Origin: an uncultured Spirochaetota bacterium
GTDB taxonomy: Bacteria; Spirochaetota; Spirochaetia; SZUA-6; CAVTHK01
NCBI GenBank assembly: GCA_963734495.1
Contig: CAVTHK010000016.1
Location: 192,001-256,000, forward strand
DNA length: 64,000 nucleotides
Direction: 5' to 3'
A program made the translations under genes and the position numbers. Below are positions 10,633 through 24,430 of this stretch, in pieces. The stretch's first letter is position 1, and each line of letters begins with the position of its first letter. A model generated the notes under the pieces. That model made no database searches and was not told the DNA's origin. It saw nothing but the letters and a program-made list of their open reading frames with translations.

Positions 10633-13477
10633 GTGGATGCCGCGAATCTATCTCTCCTCGAGGAGATGTACGAGGCCTGGAGGGCCGACCAGACGTCGGT
10701 CTCGGCGGACTGGCGGGCTTACTTCCGGCGGATGGAGCAGAGCCAGAGGGCCGTGGTGGGCACGGAGGCCGCGGCGGGGATCGAGGCGCTCGCCTCCCAG
10801 TCTCACGAGCTCAAGCAGAGCCGGGTGGACAGCCTGCTCTGGGCCTACCGCGAGTCCGGCTACATCCACGCCGACATCAACCCGCTCGAGTACCGGACCC
10901 CGGACCTCGACTACCTCCAGATGAGCATCGAGGGCGTGGTCAAGAGCCTAACGCTCGAGGAGTTCGGGCTCTCCGAGGCTGATCTCGACACCGAGTTCTC
11001 GGCGGGGCCGTACCTCCAGCCGTCGCGCGCGCCCCTGCGGGAGATTCTGGCCAACGTGAGGGAGTGCTACTGCGGGTCTATCGGGGTCGAGATCCAGCAC
11101 ATCCAGAACAGGGCGATCCGGCGCTGGCTCATCGAGAAGATCGAGACGAACAACAACCGCCCCTCCTGGACCGCGGAGCAGAAAAGAGCGTTCCAGGAGG
11201 ACCTGATCAGGGCCGAGGAGTTCGAGCGCTTCATCCAGGCGCACTACGTCGGGCAGAAGCGCTTCTCCCTCGAAGGGGGCGATGTCCTGATCCCCGCGCT
11301 GCGCACCCTCATCGACCGCGCGGCGCGCAGCGGCGTGCAGGAGATGGTGTTCGGCAGCGCGCACCGCGGCCGCCTGAACATGCTCACGAACGCGCTCGCC
11401 AAACCGTACGTGGACATCTTCGCGGCGTTCGAGGACAGCTACAAGCCCCACGTGTACGGCGGCAGCGGCGACGTCAAGTACCACCTCGGGTACAGCTCCG
11501 ACTACACGACGCGCCGACGGCAGGCGCATGCACGTGAGCCTCGTCGCGAACCCGAGCCACCTCGAGGCGGTGGACCCGGTGGTCGAGGGAAAGACCCGCG
11601 GCGTGCAGAGGCGGCGCGGCGACGTCAACCGCAAGAAAGTGATCCCGGTGCTGATCCACGGCGACGCGGCGTTCCGCGGCCAGGGCGTCGTCTCGGAGAC
11701 CTTCAACCTCTACATGCTCAAGGGGTACAAGACCGGCGGCACGATCCACATCGTGGTCAACAACCAGATCGGCTTCACGACCGCTTCCAAGGACGCGCGC
11801 TCCACCTTCTTCACGACCGACGTGGCCAAGACCGTCCCGGCGCCCATCTTGCACGTCAACGGCGACGATCCCGAGGCCGTCGTGCGGGCGATCGACCTGG
11901 CGTTCCAGTTCCGGCAGAAGTTCAGCTACGACGTCGTGGTCGACATCATGTGCTACCGGCGCCTGGGCCACAACGAGACGGACGAGCCCTCGTTCACCCA
12001 TCCCCTCATGTACAAGAAGATCGAGAACCACCCCAGCGTGATCCAGATCTACGGGGCTCGCCTCGACAAGGACGGCGCGTTCTCGCTGCGGGAGCAGGAC
12101 GACTTCCGCACGCGCTACGTCGGGATGCTCCGGCACGAGCTGGAGCGGGCGCGCGGCGGCTACACGCCGCCCGCGACCGACGCGTTCGCGGAGGGCGACT
12201 GGAAGGACTTCAAGGAGGGCTACACCCAAGACCGCGTGGAGACCGCGGTGCCGCCCAGGACGCTTCAGAAGGTCGGGAGCGCGCTCACGACCGTCCCCGA
12301 CGGCTTCGACATCCATCCGAAGCTCCGGCGCTTCGTGGCCGCGCGCAGCGAGGCGCTCGGGCGCGGCGAGGGCATCGACTGGGCGTTCGCCGAGAGCCTC
12401 GCGTTCGGCGCGCTGCTGCTCGAGGGATACCACGTGCGGCTCTCGGGGGAGGACACAGCGCGCGGCACGTTCTCGCAGCGGCACTCCGTGTGGTGGGACG
12501 TCACGGCGGACAAGCCCAGGGCCTACGTGGCCCTGAACCACATCGACGAGGCGCAGAGCCACTTTTCCGTGTACGACAGCCCGTTGTCCGAATTCTCGGT
12601 GCTGGGGTTCGACTACGGCTACTCGCTCGCGCAGCCGAGAGTGCTCGTGCTGTGGGAGGCGCAGTTCGGCGACTTCGCCAACGGCGCCCAGGTGATCATC
12701 GACCAGTTCATCGCGGCAGGCGAAAGCAAGTGGCAGCGGGCCAGCGGCCTGGTGATGCTGCTGCCCCACGGCTACGAGGGGCAGGGGCCGGACCATTCGA
12801 GCGCCCACATGGAGCGCTACCTGCAGCTCTGCGCTCAGGACAACATGCAGGTCTGCTACCCGACCACGCCCGCGCAGTATTTCCACCTGCTGCGCCGGCA
12901 GATGAAGCGGAGCTTCCGCAAGCCGCTGGTCGTCATGACGCCCAAGAGCCTCCTGCGCCACAAGCTCGCCGTCTCGCGGGCCGCGGACCTGACGGCAGGG
13001 ACTTTCGAAGAAGTTCTCGACGACGGCGCCGAAGCGCCGAAGACGCTGCTCCTGTGCACGGGCAAAGTCTTCTACGACCTCCTGCAGCGGCGCGAGGCGG
13101 AGTCTCGCCGGGACGTCGCGATCGTGCGGATCGAGCAGCTCTACCCCTGGCCGGAGGAGCGGATTCGCGCCGCGCTCACCCGTTACGCGGGCTGCGAGAC
13201 GGTGCGCTGGGTGCAGGAAGAGCCGAGGAACAGGGGCGCGTGGTCGTTCGTGAGCGAGCCGCTGCGCGCCTTGCTCGACGGGAAGACGCTGGAGTACGCC
13301 GGCCGTCCGGCGGGCGCGAGCCCGGCCGCGGGGTCGCACAAGCAGCACGAGTCGGAGCTCGAGGCCCTGCTCGACGAGGCCCTCGCAGGGGCTCCGATCG
13401 CGCCGCGCAGGAAGGGGCCGGTTCGCGCGACCGCGGCCGCCACGGCGGGCGAACGGGTAAAAAAGGCAGGTTTATAG
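10633..13477 (+). CDS. sucA: 2-oxoglutarate dehydrogenase E1 (frameshift ~11515)
   Basis: GQKRFSLEG, HRGRLN, GDVKYHLG, NPSHLEAV, HGDAAF.GQGVV, LWEAQFGDFANGAQ, LLPHGYEGQGPDHSS. Confidence 0.95.
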
Positions 13478-14743
13478 TGAAACAGCAGGTCGAAGTGCCC
13501 TCGGTGGGGGAATCGGTATCGAAGGGCGTGCTGACGACGTGGCTGAAGAAGCAGGGTGAGTACGTCCGCGAGGGCGATGAGCTCTTCGAGCTCGAGACCG
13601 ACAAGGCGACGATGGCGATTCCCGCCGCGACGTCGGGCGTCCTCGAGATCGCCGTGCCCGCGGACAGCGAAGTCTCGGTCGGCCAGGTCGTCGGAAGCAT
13701 CGACACCGCCGGGAAGGCGGACGGCGGGCGGACGGCTCCGCCGTCGGCGCCCGCGCCGGCGCCAGCGAAGAGCGTGCCGCCCCAGGCGGAGGCGCAGCCC
13801 CGCGCGGAGGGGCCGCGGCCGGCACCCGCCGCCGGCGACATGCCGCTCTCGCCCGCGGTGCGGCGGCTGGTCGAGGAGCACGAGGTCGATGCCGGTGCGA
13901 TTGCGGGGACCGGAAGGGGCGGACGCCTCACGAAGGCCGACGTGCTGCAGCACCTCGACCGCCAGGGCGGGAGCGCGGCGCAGGCATCCGCGGCGCAGGC
14001 ACCCGCCGCTGCGCCGGCCGCCGCCGCCGCCCCGGCGCGCGCCGGCCGGCAGGAGCGCCGCCGCATGTCGCCGATGCGCCGCACCATCGCCGCGAACCTC
14101 GTCGCGTCGAAGCATGCGGCTGCCCACCTGACCACCTTCAACGAAGTCGATCTCCTGCCGCGTCACCGAGATGCGCGCTGCCTACAGGGACGCGTTCGAG
14201 AAGAAGCACGGCGTGCGCCTCGGGTTCATGTCGTTCTTCATCAAGGCAAGCGTCCGGGCTCTGGCGGACTGGCCCGAGGTCAACGCCTTCGTCGAAGGCG
14301 ACGAGATCGTCTACAACAACTACTACGACATCGGCGTCGCGGTCTCCACCGACCGCGGGCTCGTGGTCCCGGTCATCCGCGACGCGGACGCAAAGAGCTT
14401 CGCCGTCCTCGAGAAGGAGATCGCGGAGCTTGCAGCCAAGGCCAGGGAGCGGAGGCTGGGCGTCGACGAGATGACGGGCGGCACCTTTACGATCACCAAC
14501 GGCGGGGTCTTCGGGTCGCTGCTGTCGACGCCCATACCCAACCCGCCGCAGACGGCGGTGCTGGGCATGCACACCATCCAGAAGCGGCCGGTGGTCGTCA
14601 ACGACCAGATCGTGATCCGGCCCATGATGTACCTGGCGCTGACGTACGATCACCGGCTGATCGACGGCAGGCAGGCGGTGAGCTTTCTCGCGAGGATCAA
14701 GGCCCTGGTCGAGGACCCGGCGCAGCTCCTGCTCGAGCTGTAG
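13477..14743 (+). CDS. sucB: Dihydrolipoamide succinyltransferase E2 (frameshift ~14155)
   Basis: Lipoyl domain ELETDKA, E3-binding [13 protein letters not shown], catalytic [10 protein letters not shown]. Confidence 0.95.
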
Positions 14744-14752
14744 GGAGCCGTC

Positions 14753-16171
<1,419 letters not shown>

Positions 16172-16244
16172 CCAGGGCGCGATCCCGTTTTTGTTTGGTG
16201 GCCGGGCCGCCCGATAGTATCTTCGAAACATCAGCGGGAGGTGC

Positions 16245-17405
16245 ATGATGAGCGGCGCACTGACAAAGCCGGCGTACTCCAGGGGGCTCGAGGGAGTCAT
16301 CGCCGCGGAGACCTCGATCAGCGAGGTCGACGGCGAGCGCGGCAAGCTCTACTACTACGGCTACACGATCGAGGACCTCGTGGAGAACTGCAGCTTCGAG
16401 GAGGTGATGTACCTCTTGCTCTACTCGGAGCTGCCGAACACCCATGAGCTGGAGACCTTCACCCAGAAGGTCCGGTCCGCCCGCCCGCTTCACCCGCAGA
16501 TCCTGCAGATGATCCGCGAGTTCCCCCGCGAAGCGCACCCGATGGAGCTGCTGCAGTCGGTGATCTCCTACTTGAGCGGCTACGTCGAGCACCGCATCCA
16601 GCACAACGCGACCTGCAACTGCCGCACGACGCTGCACCAGGTGGCGCAGCTCGGAAGCGTCGTCGCAGCCTACCAGCGCTTCCGCGACGGCAAGGACTAC
16701 ATCCCGCCGCGGATGGACCTGTCCTACGGCGCCAACTTCCTCTACATGCTGCACGGCCAGGAGCCGGACGAGCTCGAGGGGAAGATGATGGACAACATGC
16801 TCACGATCCACTGCGAGCACGGGTTCAACGCGTCGACGTTCACCGCGCGCGTCGTGGCATCTACGCTCTCCACCTGCTACTGCAGCATCTCGGCTGCCAT
16901 CGGCGCGCTCTACGGATCGCTGCACGGGGGCGCGAACGAGAAGACGATGGAGATGGTCGAGCACATCGGAAGCAAGGGCCGCGTGCGCGAGTGGATCAAC
17001 ATGGCCCTCGACCAGAAGCAGAAGATCCCGGGCATGGGCCACCGGGTCTACAAGACCAAGGACCCGCGCGCCATCATCGTCGAGGAGTACCTGCACCAGC
17101 TCTCGGAGCGCAAGAACAACTTTACCTACTACAACATCCTCAAGGAGATCGAGGTGGTCTTTCGCGAGAGGATGGACCAGAAGGGCAAGCCGGTCTACCC
17201 GAACGTGGACTTCTTCTCGGGCGCGGTCTACAGCCTGATGGGGATTCCGCGGACGCTCTTCACGCCGGTGTTCGCGATCGCGCGCGCGCCCGGCTGGCTC
17301 GCGCACATCCTCGAACAGCGGGTCGACAACCGGCTGTTTCGGCCCGACGCCCTCTACAACGGCGAGCTCGGCCGCAAGCTCGTCCCGATCGCGCAGCGGA
17401 AATAG
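16245..17405 (+). CDS. gltA: Citrate synthase (short, 2-methylcitrate synthase-like class)
   Basis: GLEGV, HGFNAST, LHGGANE, GMGHRVYKTKDPR, YPNVDF. Confidence 0.93.
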   Translation: MMSGALTKPAYSRGLEGVIAAETSISEVDGERGKLYYYGYTIEDLVENCSFEEVMYLLLYSELPNTHELETFTQKVRSARPLHPQILQMIREFPREAHPMELLQSVISYLSGYVEHRIQHNATCNCRTTLHQVAQLGSVVAAYQRFRDGKDYIPPRMDLSYGANFLYMLHGQEPDELEGKMMDNMLTIHCEHGFNASTFTARVVASTLSTCYCSISAAIGALYGSLHGGANEKTMEMVEHIGSKGRVREWINMALDQKQKIPGMGHRVYKTKDPRAIIVEEYLHQLSERKNNFTYYNILKEIEVVFRERMDQKGKPVYPNVDFFSGAVYSLMGIPRTLFTPVFAIARAPGWLAHILEQRVDNRLFRPDALYNGELGRKLVPIAQRK

Positions 17406-17433
17406 CGGGCGGCCGGCCCGAGCGGCGGCCGCT

Positions 17434-18372
17434 TCAGCCGACCCGGTAGAAGGTTCCGAGGGACTCGACGCCCGCGCGCACGGACGCGGCCGACTTGTCG
17501 AGCTGCGCTTTTTCGTCCGCGCTCAGCTCCAGCTCAAAGATGCGCTCAACCCCGTTGCGGCCGAGGAGCACGGGCACTCCGAGAAAGATGTCGCTGTGCC
17601 CGTATTCGCCGCGCAGGTAGGCGGACGCCGCGACGAGGCGTTTCTCGTCCTTGACCACGGCTTCGACCATCTTGGCGGTCGAGGCCCCGGGGGCGTAATA
17701 CGCGCTTCCGGTCTTGAGGTACTGGACGATCTCGCCGCCGCCGGTTCGCGTGCGCTGCACGAGCTTGCCGATCGAGGCGGCGTCCATCAGCTCGGTCAGG
17801 GGGAAGCCGCCCACGGAGGTGTAGCGGGGCAGCGGCACCATGTCGTCGCCGTGGCCGCCGAGCACCATCGCCGACACGTCGGAGGGGGCGACCCTGAGCG
17901 CCTCGGATATGAAGTAGCGGAAGCGCGTGGCGTCGAGGACGCCCGCCATGCCCACGACCTTCTTGAGACCGAACCCGGACTCACGGAGCGCCACCATGGC
18001 GATGACGTCCAGCGGGTTGCTCACGGCGATGACCACGGCGTTGGGGGCGTACTTCGCGATGGCCTGGGCCGCCGACTTCGCGATGGCCACGTTCGTCTTG
18101 AGCAGGTCCATGCGGTCCATGCCGGGCTTGCGGGCGATGCCGGCCGTGAGCACGACGACGTCGGAGCCCTTGATGAAGTGGTAATCGTTGGTGCCGACGA
18201 TGCGCACGTTGTAGCGGCGCAGCGGCGCGGCGTGGAGAAAGTCCATCGCCTTGCTTTGCGGCAGGCCCTTGACGACGTCGACCATCACGATCTCGGCCAT
18301 GTTCTTTTCCGCGATGTAGTAGACCGCGGTGGCGCCGACGTTGCCCGCCCCGATGACCGATACCTTGCTCAT
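17434..18372 (-). CDS. mdh: Malate dehydrogenase (LDH-like MDH)
   Basis: GAGNVG, TAGIARKPGMDRMDL, SNPLD, LDATRF, GGHGD. Confidence 0.95.
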   Translation of the reverse strand: MSKVSVIGAGNVGATAVYYIAEKNMAEIVMVDVVKGLPQSKAMDFLHAAPLRRYNVRIVGTNDYHFIKGSDVVVLTAGIARKPGMDRMDLLKTNVAIAKSAAQAIAKYAPNAVVIAVSNPLDVIAMVALRESGFGLKKVVGMAGVLDATRFRYFISEALRVAPSDVSAMVLGGHGDDMVPLPRYTSVGGFPLTELMDAASIGKLVQRTRTGGGEIVQYLKTGSAYYAPGASTAKMVEAVVKDEKRLVAASAYLRGEYGHSDIFLGVPVLLGRNGVERIFELELSADEKAQLDKSAASVRAGVESLGTFYRVG

Positions 18373-19307
18373 CACCGCACCTTTTCCCTTTCCAGCCCGT
18401 CCCCTTCGAGCCCGCGCAGGATGACGGCCGCCGACTCCCTGAGCGCTCCGATCTCCGAGTCCGTGAGCCTGGGCTCCAGCACCCGCTCGATCCCGGCCCT
18501 GCCGATCACCGCCGGCAGGCTCATGGCGGCGCCCTGGATCCCGTACTGGCCGTGGAACACGAGCGAGACCGGGATGATGCGGTGGGAATCGCGGTGGATC
18601 GCCTCCGCCACGTCCGCGGCGACGGCCGAAGGCCCGTAGTACGCGCTCGCCCGCTGCGCCATGTCCACGATGAGGCCGCCGGCCTCGCGCGTCACGCGGT
18701 AGAGCACCTCGAGGCGGTCCTCAGGCAGCAGGAGGGTGACGGGCACGCCCGACACGGTCGAGTAGCGGCCGAGGGGGATCATCGCGTCGGAGTGGCGGCC
18801 GATGACCGTTGCGTCCACGTTCTCCGTGGAAACGCCGAGCGCCGTGGCGATGAGGTAGCGCAGGCGCGTGGCGTCCAGGCAGCCGCCGAGCCCCATGACC
18901 CTCTGCCACGGCAGGCCGGACTCGCGGACGAAGAACGTCGTGAGGGCGTCGACAGGCTCGGTGATCATGATCACCCTGGCCGGAGAGCCCCGGAGCCTGC
19001 CGGCGATCTCCGCGATGACTCCGCGGTTGGTCGCGAGCAGGTCCTCCCGCTTCATCCCCGGGGTGCGGACTGTGCCGGCGGCGATGATGAGGGTGTGGCA
19101 GCCCCTGAGGTCGTCAAAGGAGTCGGTGCCGGTGATCCGCGACACGTAGCCGCGGATGGGTGCCGCCTCCATCATGTCGAGGGCCTTGCCCGCGGCCAGA
19201 CCCTCCTTGACGTCGTAGAGACACGTGTCGGCGACGCCGCGCTCGGCGAGGAAGAAAGCGGTGTTGGCTCCGACGTTCCCGCTTCCGATGATCCCTATGT
19301 CCGCCAT
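18372..19307 (-). CDS. Divergent second MDH/LDH-family dehydrogenase
   Basis: GSGNVG, AGTVRTPGMKREDL, TEPVD (canonical NPxD altered), LDATRL, GRHSD; TGATG coupling to mdh. Confidence 0.88.
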   Translation of the reverse strand: MADIGIIGSGNVGANTAFFLAERGVADTCLYDVKEGLAAGKALDMMEAAPIRGYVSRITGTDSFDDLRGCHTLIIAAGTVRTPGMKREDLLATNRGVIAEIAGRLRGSPARVIMITEPVDALTTFFVRESGLPWQRVMGLGGCLDATRLRYLIATALGVSTENVDATVIGRHSDAMIPLGRYSTVSGVPVTLLLPEDRLEVLYRVTREAGGLIVDMAQRASAYYGPSAVAADVAEAIHRDSHRIIPVSLVFHGQYGIQGAAMSLPAVIGRAGIERVLEPRLTDSEIGALRESAAVILRGLEGDGLEREKVR

Positions 19308-19383
19308 CAGGCCTCTCCTCGGCGCAATATACTCACGGGGGCGCGCGGCGGCACAAATCCGCGCCGCCGCGTCGTCTATCCCT

Positions 19384-19412
19384 TTGATCCAAAGCGGTTT
19401 TCTTAGTATACG
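19384..19412 (+). promoter_or_regulatory. Candidate sigma70 promoter of acnA-fumC
   Basis: TTGATC-17 nt-TATACG, followed by SD AAGGAG. Confidence 0.6.
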
Positions 19413-19434
19413 TTTACCAGGGAAAGGAGCGGCA

Positions 19435-22096
19435 ATGACCTCCAGCGTGATGCATGATGCCCTCGAGAACCTGACCACCCGAACGGGGCGCGTGTCCTAC
19501 CTGAGCCTCGAACGGATCGCGCGCAAAGCGGGCGCCGACCTGGCCAGGCTGCCGCTCACCATCAAGATCATGATCGAGCAGGTCGCACGCACGATCGACG
19601 GCAAAGCGGTCACAGAGGCGCACCTGGAGAGCATCCTCCGCTGGCCGGGCTCGGGGACGGGCGAAATGCCCTTCAAGCCCGCTCGGGTCATCATGCAGGA
19701 CTTTACCGGGGTCCCCGCCGTCGTCGACCTGGCGGTCATGAGGGACGCGTTCGCCAGGCTGGGGGGCGACCCCCGCAGGATCAACCCGCTCATTCCCGTC
19801 GACCTCGTGATCGACCACTCGGTGCAGGTCGACCGGTACGCGACCTCCGGCGCGTTCGAGTACAACGCCGGCCGTGAGTTCGAGCGCAACCGCGAGCGCT
19901 ACGAATTCCTCAAGTGGGCCTCCACCGCCTTTTCGGACCTCACGGTCGTGCCGCCTGCCACCGGCATCGTGCACCAGGTGAACCTGGAGTACCTGGCGAG
20001 CGTCGTGCAGGTGCGGAAGATCGGCGGCGTCGAGGTGGCGTTCCCCGACACCGTGCTCGGTACCGATTCGCACACGACCATGGTCAACGGTGTGGGCGTG
20101 CTAGGCTGGGGCGTGGGGGGCATCGAGGCCGAGGCCGCCATGCTCGGCCAGCCGATGTATATGCCGATGCCCGTGGTCATCGGGGTGCGGCTCGTCGGCC
20201 GCCTCGCCGAGGGCGTGACCGCCACCGACCTCGTGCTCACGGTCACGCAGATGCTCCGCAAGCACGGCGTCGTCGAGAAGTTCGTCGAGTTCTTCGGGCC
20301 CGGGCTCGACGCCCTCACGGTCGCCGACCGGGCGACGGTTTCCAACATGTGCCCGGAATACGGCGCAACGGCCGCGCTGTTCCCGGTCGACGACGCCGCG
20401 CTGCGCTACCTCAGGGTCACGGGCCGCAGCGAAGACCGCGTGGACCTCGTGGAAAAGTACTGCCGGGCGCAGGGCCTTCTCCGCACGCCCGGCTCTCCCG
20501 ATCCGCGCTACAGCGCGACGCTGGAGCTGGATATGGGAACCGTGCGGCCCTCCGTGGCAGGGCCCAAGAGGCCGCAGGACCGGCTCGCGCTGGGCGAGAC
20601 GAAGGGCAAGTTCGGAGAGTTCGTCGCGGGCCTCCGCAAGGGCCCGCAGCACAAGGTCAAGGCGAAGCTGAATGGCGGCGAGGCGGAGCTGGGCGACGGC
20701 ACGGTCGTGATCTCCGCGATCACGAGCTGCACGAACACCTCCAACCCGTCGGTCATGATCGCGGCCGGCCTGGTCGCCAAGAAAGCCGTCGAGCGGGGGC
20801 TCAAGGTGCCGCCCTGGGTCAAGACCAGCCTGGCGCCGGGCTCGCGCGTGGTCACGCGCTACCTCGACCTGGCCGGGCTCACGCCCTATCTCGACCGCCT
20901 GGGCTACCAGCTCGTGGGCTACGGGTGCACGACCTGCATCGGCAACAGCGGCCCCCTCGACGAGGCGGTGAGCCGCGCGATCCGGGAGGGCGACCTCGTG
21001 GTGGCCGCGGTGCTGTCGGGGAACCGCAACTTCGAGGGCCGCGTCCATCCCGAGGTGCGCGCCAACTACCTCGCCTCTCCGCCGCTGGTGATCGCCTACG
21101 GGCTGGCCGGGACGGTCGAGATCGACCTGGACAAGGACCCTCTCGGCAGAGGCGAGGACGGGCGGCCGGTGTACCTGCGCGACATCTGGCCGACGCACGA
21201 AGAGGTCCGCATGCTCGTGGAAGAAACGGTCACGCCGACGCTCTTCCGCGAGGAGTACGCCAACGTCTACACGGGCAACAAGACGTGGAACCAGATCCGC
21301 CTGGAGAAGGGGGACCGGTACCGCTGGCAGCCGGATTCGACCTACATCCGCCAGGCGCCCTTCTTCGAGGGGCTGACCAGGAAGATCCCGCCCGTGGCGC
21401 CGATCCGCGGAGCGCGGGTGCTCGCGGTTCTCGGCGACTCGGTGACGACGGACCACATCTCGCCCGCGGGCATGATCCCCGCGGACAGCCCGGCGGCGGA
21501 CTGGCTGCGGAGCCACGGCGTGGAGGTCGCGGAGTTCAACACCTTCGGCGCGCGCCGCGGCAACCACGAAGTGATGATGCGGGGCACGTTCGGCAACATC
21601 CGCATCAAGAACCGCCTCGCCCCGGGCAAAGAGGGCGGCTACACCCGTCACCTGCCCGACGGCAAGGTGGCGAGCATCTACGACGCGGCCATGGCCTACC
21701 GCAAGGAGGGCGTCCCGCTGCTGGTCATCGCCGGCAAGGACTACGGGATGGGGAGCTCGCGCGACTGGGCGGCAAAGGGCGCGATCCTGCTCGGGCATCC
21801 ACGCCGTCTTCGCGGAGAGCTTCGAGCGCATCCACCGCAGCAACCTGATCGGCATGGGGGTGCTGCCGCTCGTGTTCGTCGACGGCGAGACGCCCCAGTC
21901 GCTCGGCCTCACCGGCGAAGAGGTCTACGAGATCGAGCCGGTCAGCCGCCCCGGGCAGCGCCTTGCGGTGACCGCCCGCTCGCCCGGCGGCGAGACCAGG
22001 TTCACAGTGCTCTCGCGCATCGATGCCGGCGTGGAGCTGGACTACTACCGCAACGGCGGGATCCTGCACACGCTGCTGCGGAGCCTCGCCGAATAG
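19435..22096 (+). CDS. acnA: Aconitate hydratase AcnA (frameshift ~21795)
   Basis: MQDFTGVP, DLVIDHSVQVD, GTDSHT, AITSCTNTSN, GYGCTTCIGNSG, GSSRDWAAKG. Confidence 0.96.
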
Positions 22097-22126
22097 GGCG
22101 GCCGGGTCCGCCGCCGGGGAGATGCC

Positions 22127-23521
<1,395 letters not shown>

Positions 23522-23570
23522 CGAGCGCGTCGGGCGGTGAGCCGGCGCTCGGGCGCAAAGGAGAGAGAAC

Positions 23571-24275
23571 ATGAAGTTGAATCAGTCGGACCCCGAGTAC
23601 ATCAAGGCACTGCAGCTCTACCTGGCGGGCGACTGGACGCACGCTCGGGATGCGTTTGAGGCCCTGGCGGCCAGGTACGAGGCGAGCCCCGTCCTCTACC
23701 TGCATCTCGGCGACGTGGAGTACTCGCTCGGCGCGCTCGACGAGGCCGCCGGGCTCTACCACAAGGCCATCGAGATCCAGCCCGACTTCGGGCTGGCCTA
23801 CTACAAGGCGGGCGTGTGTCTCCACCGGGCGGGCAAGCTCGAGCAGGCGCTCGCCTCGTTCGAGAAGGTCGTGGAGCTGAAGAATCAGAGCCACGCCATG
23901 GCCGCCTATTTCGTGGGGCTCATCAACACCTTCCTCGGGCGCGACGAGGCGGCCATCCGCGGGTTCAGCCATCTGCGCAAAGAGAGCCCGCAGTCGCGCA
24001 TCGCCAACTACTACCTCGCTCAGCTCAAGATCAAGCGCAACGAGTTCGGCGAGGCGCTCGAGCTGCTCCAGGAGCTCGTGGACCAGACCCCTCAGTTCGC
24101 GGAGGTGCACTACCTCCTCGGCGTCGTGAACTACCGGCTGCACAAGATCACCGACGCGATCCACTGTTTCCGCAGGGCGCTCGAGCTCGACCCCAGGGAC
24201 GAGCGGGCGCGGTCGCGACTGATGCAGCTCACCGACGTGCAGTGGCCGTGGAGCGCGGGGGCAATGGTGATATGA
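23571..24275 (+). CDS. Tetratricopeptide repeat protein
   Basis: About 6 TPR-like repeats (e.g. [28 protein letters not shown]); SD AAGGAG. Confidence 0.85.
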   Translation: MKLNQSDPEYIKALQLYLAGDWTHARDAFEALAARYEASPVLYLHLGDVEYSLGALDEAAGLYHKAIEIQPDFGLAYYKAGVCLHRAGKLEQALASFEKVVELKNQSHAMAAYFVGLINTFLGRDEAAIRGFSHLRKESPQSRIANYYLAQLKIKRNEFGEALELLQELVDQTPQFAEVHYLLGVVNYRLHKITDAIHCFRRALELDPRDERARSRLMQLTDVQWPWSAGAMVI

Positions 24276-24430
24276 AGTACGTCTGCGACGTTTGCGGCTA
24301 CGTCTACGACCCGGCCGAAGGCGACCCGGACGGCAACATCCCGCCGGGGACCGCGTTCGACGACCTGCCCGACGATTGGGTCTGCCCCGTTTGCGGGGCG
24401 GGCAAGGATCAGTTCACCGCCGAGACCTGA
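24272..24430 (+). CDS. Rubredoxin
   Basis: [40 protein letters not shown], 52 aa. Not called as a separate ORF in the track. Confidence 0.96.
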   Translation: MKYVCDVCGYVYDPAEGDPDGNIPPGTAFDDLPDDWVCPVCGAGKDQFTAET

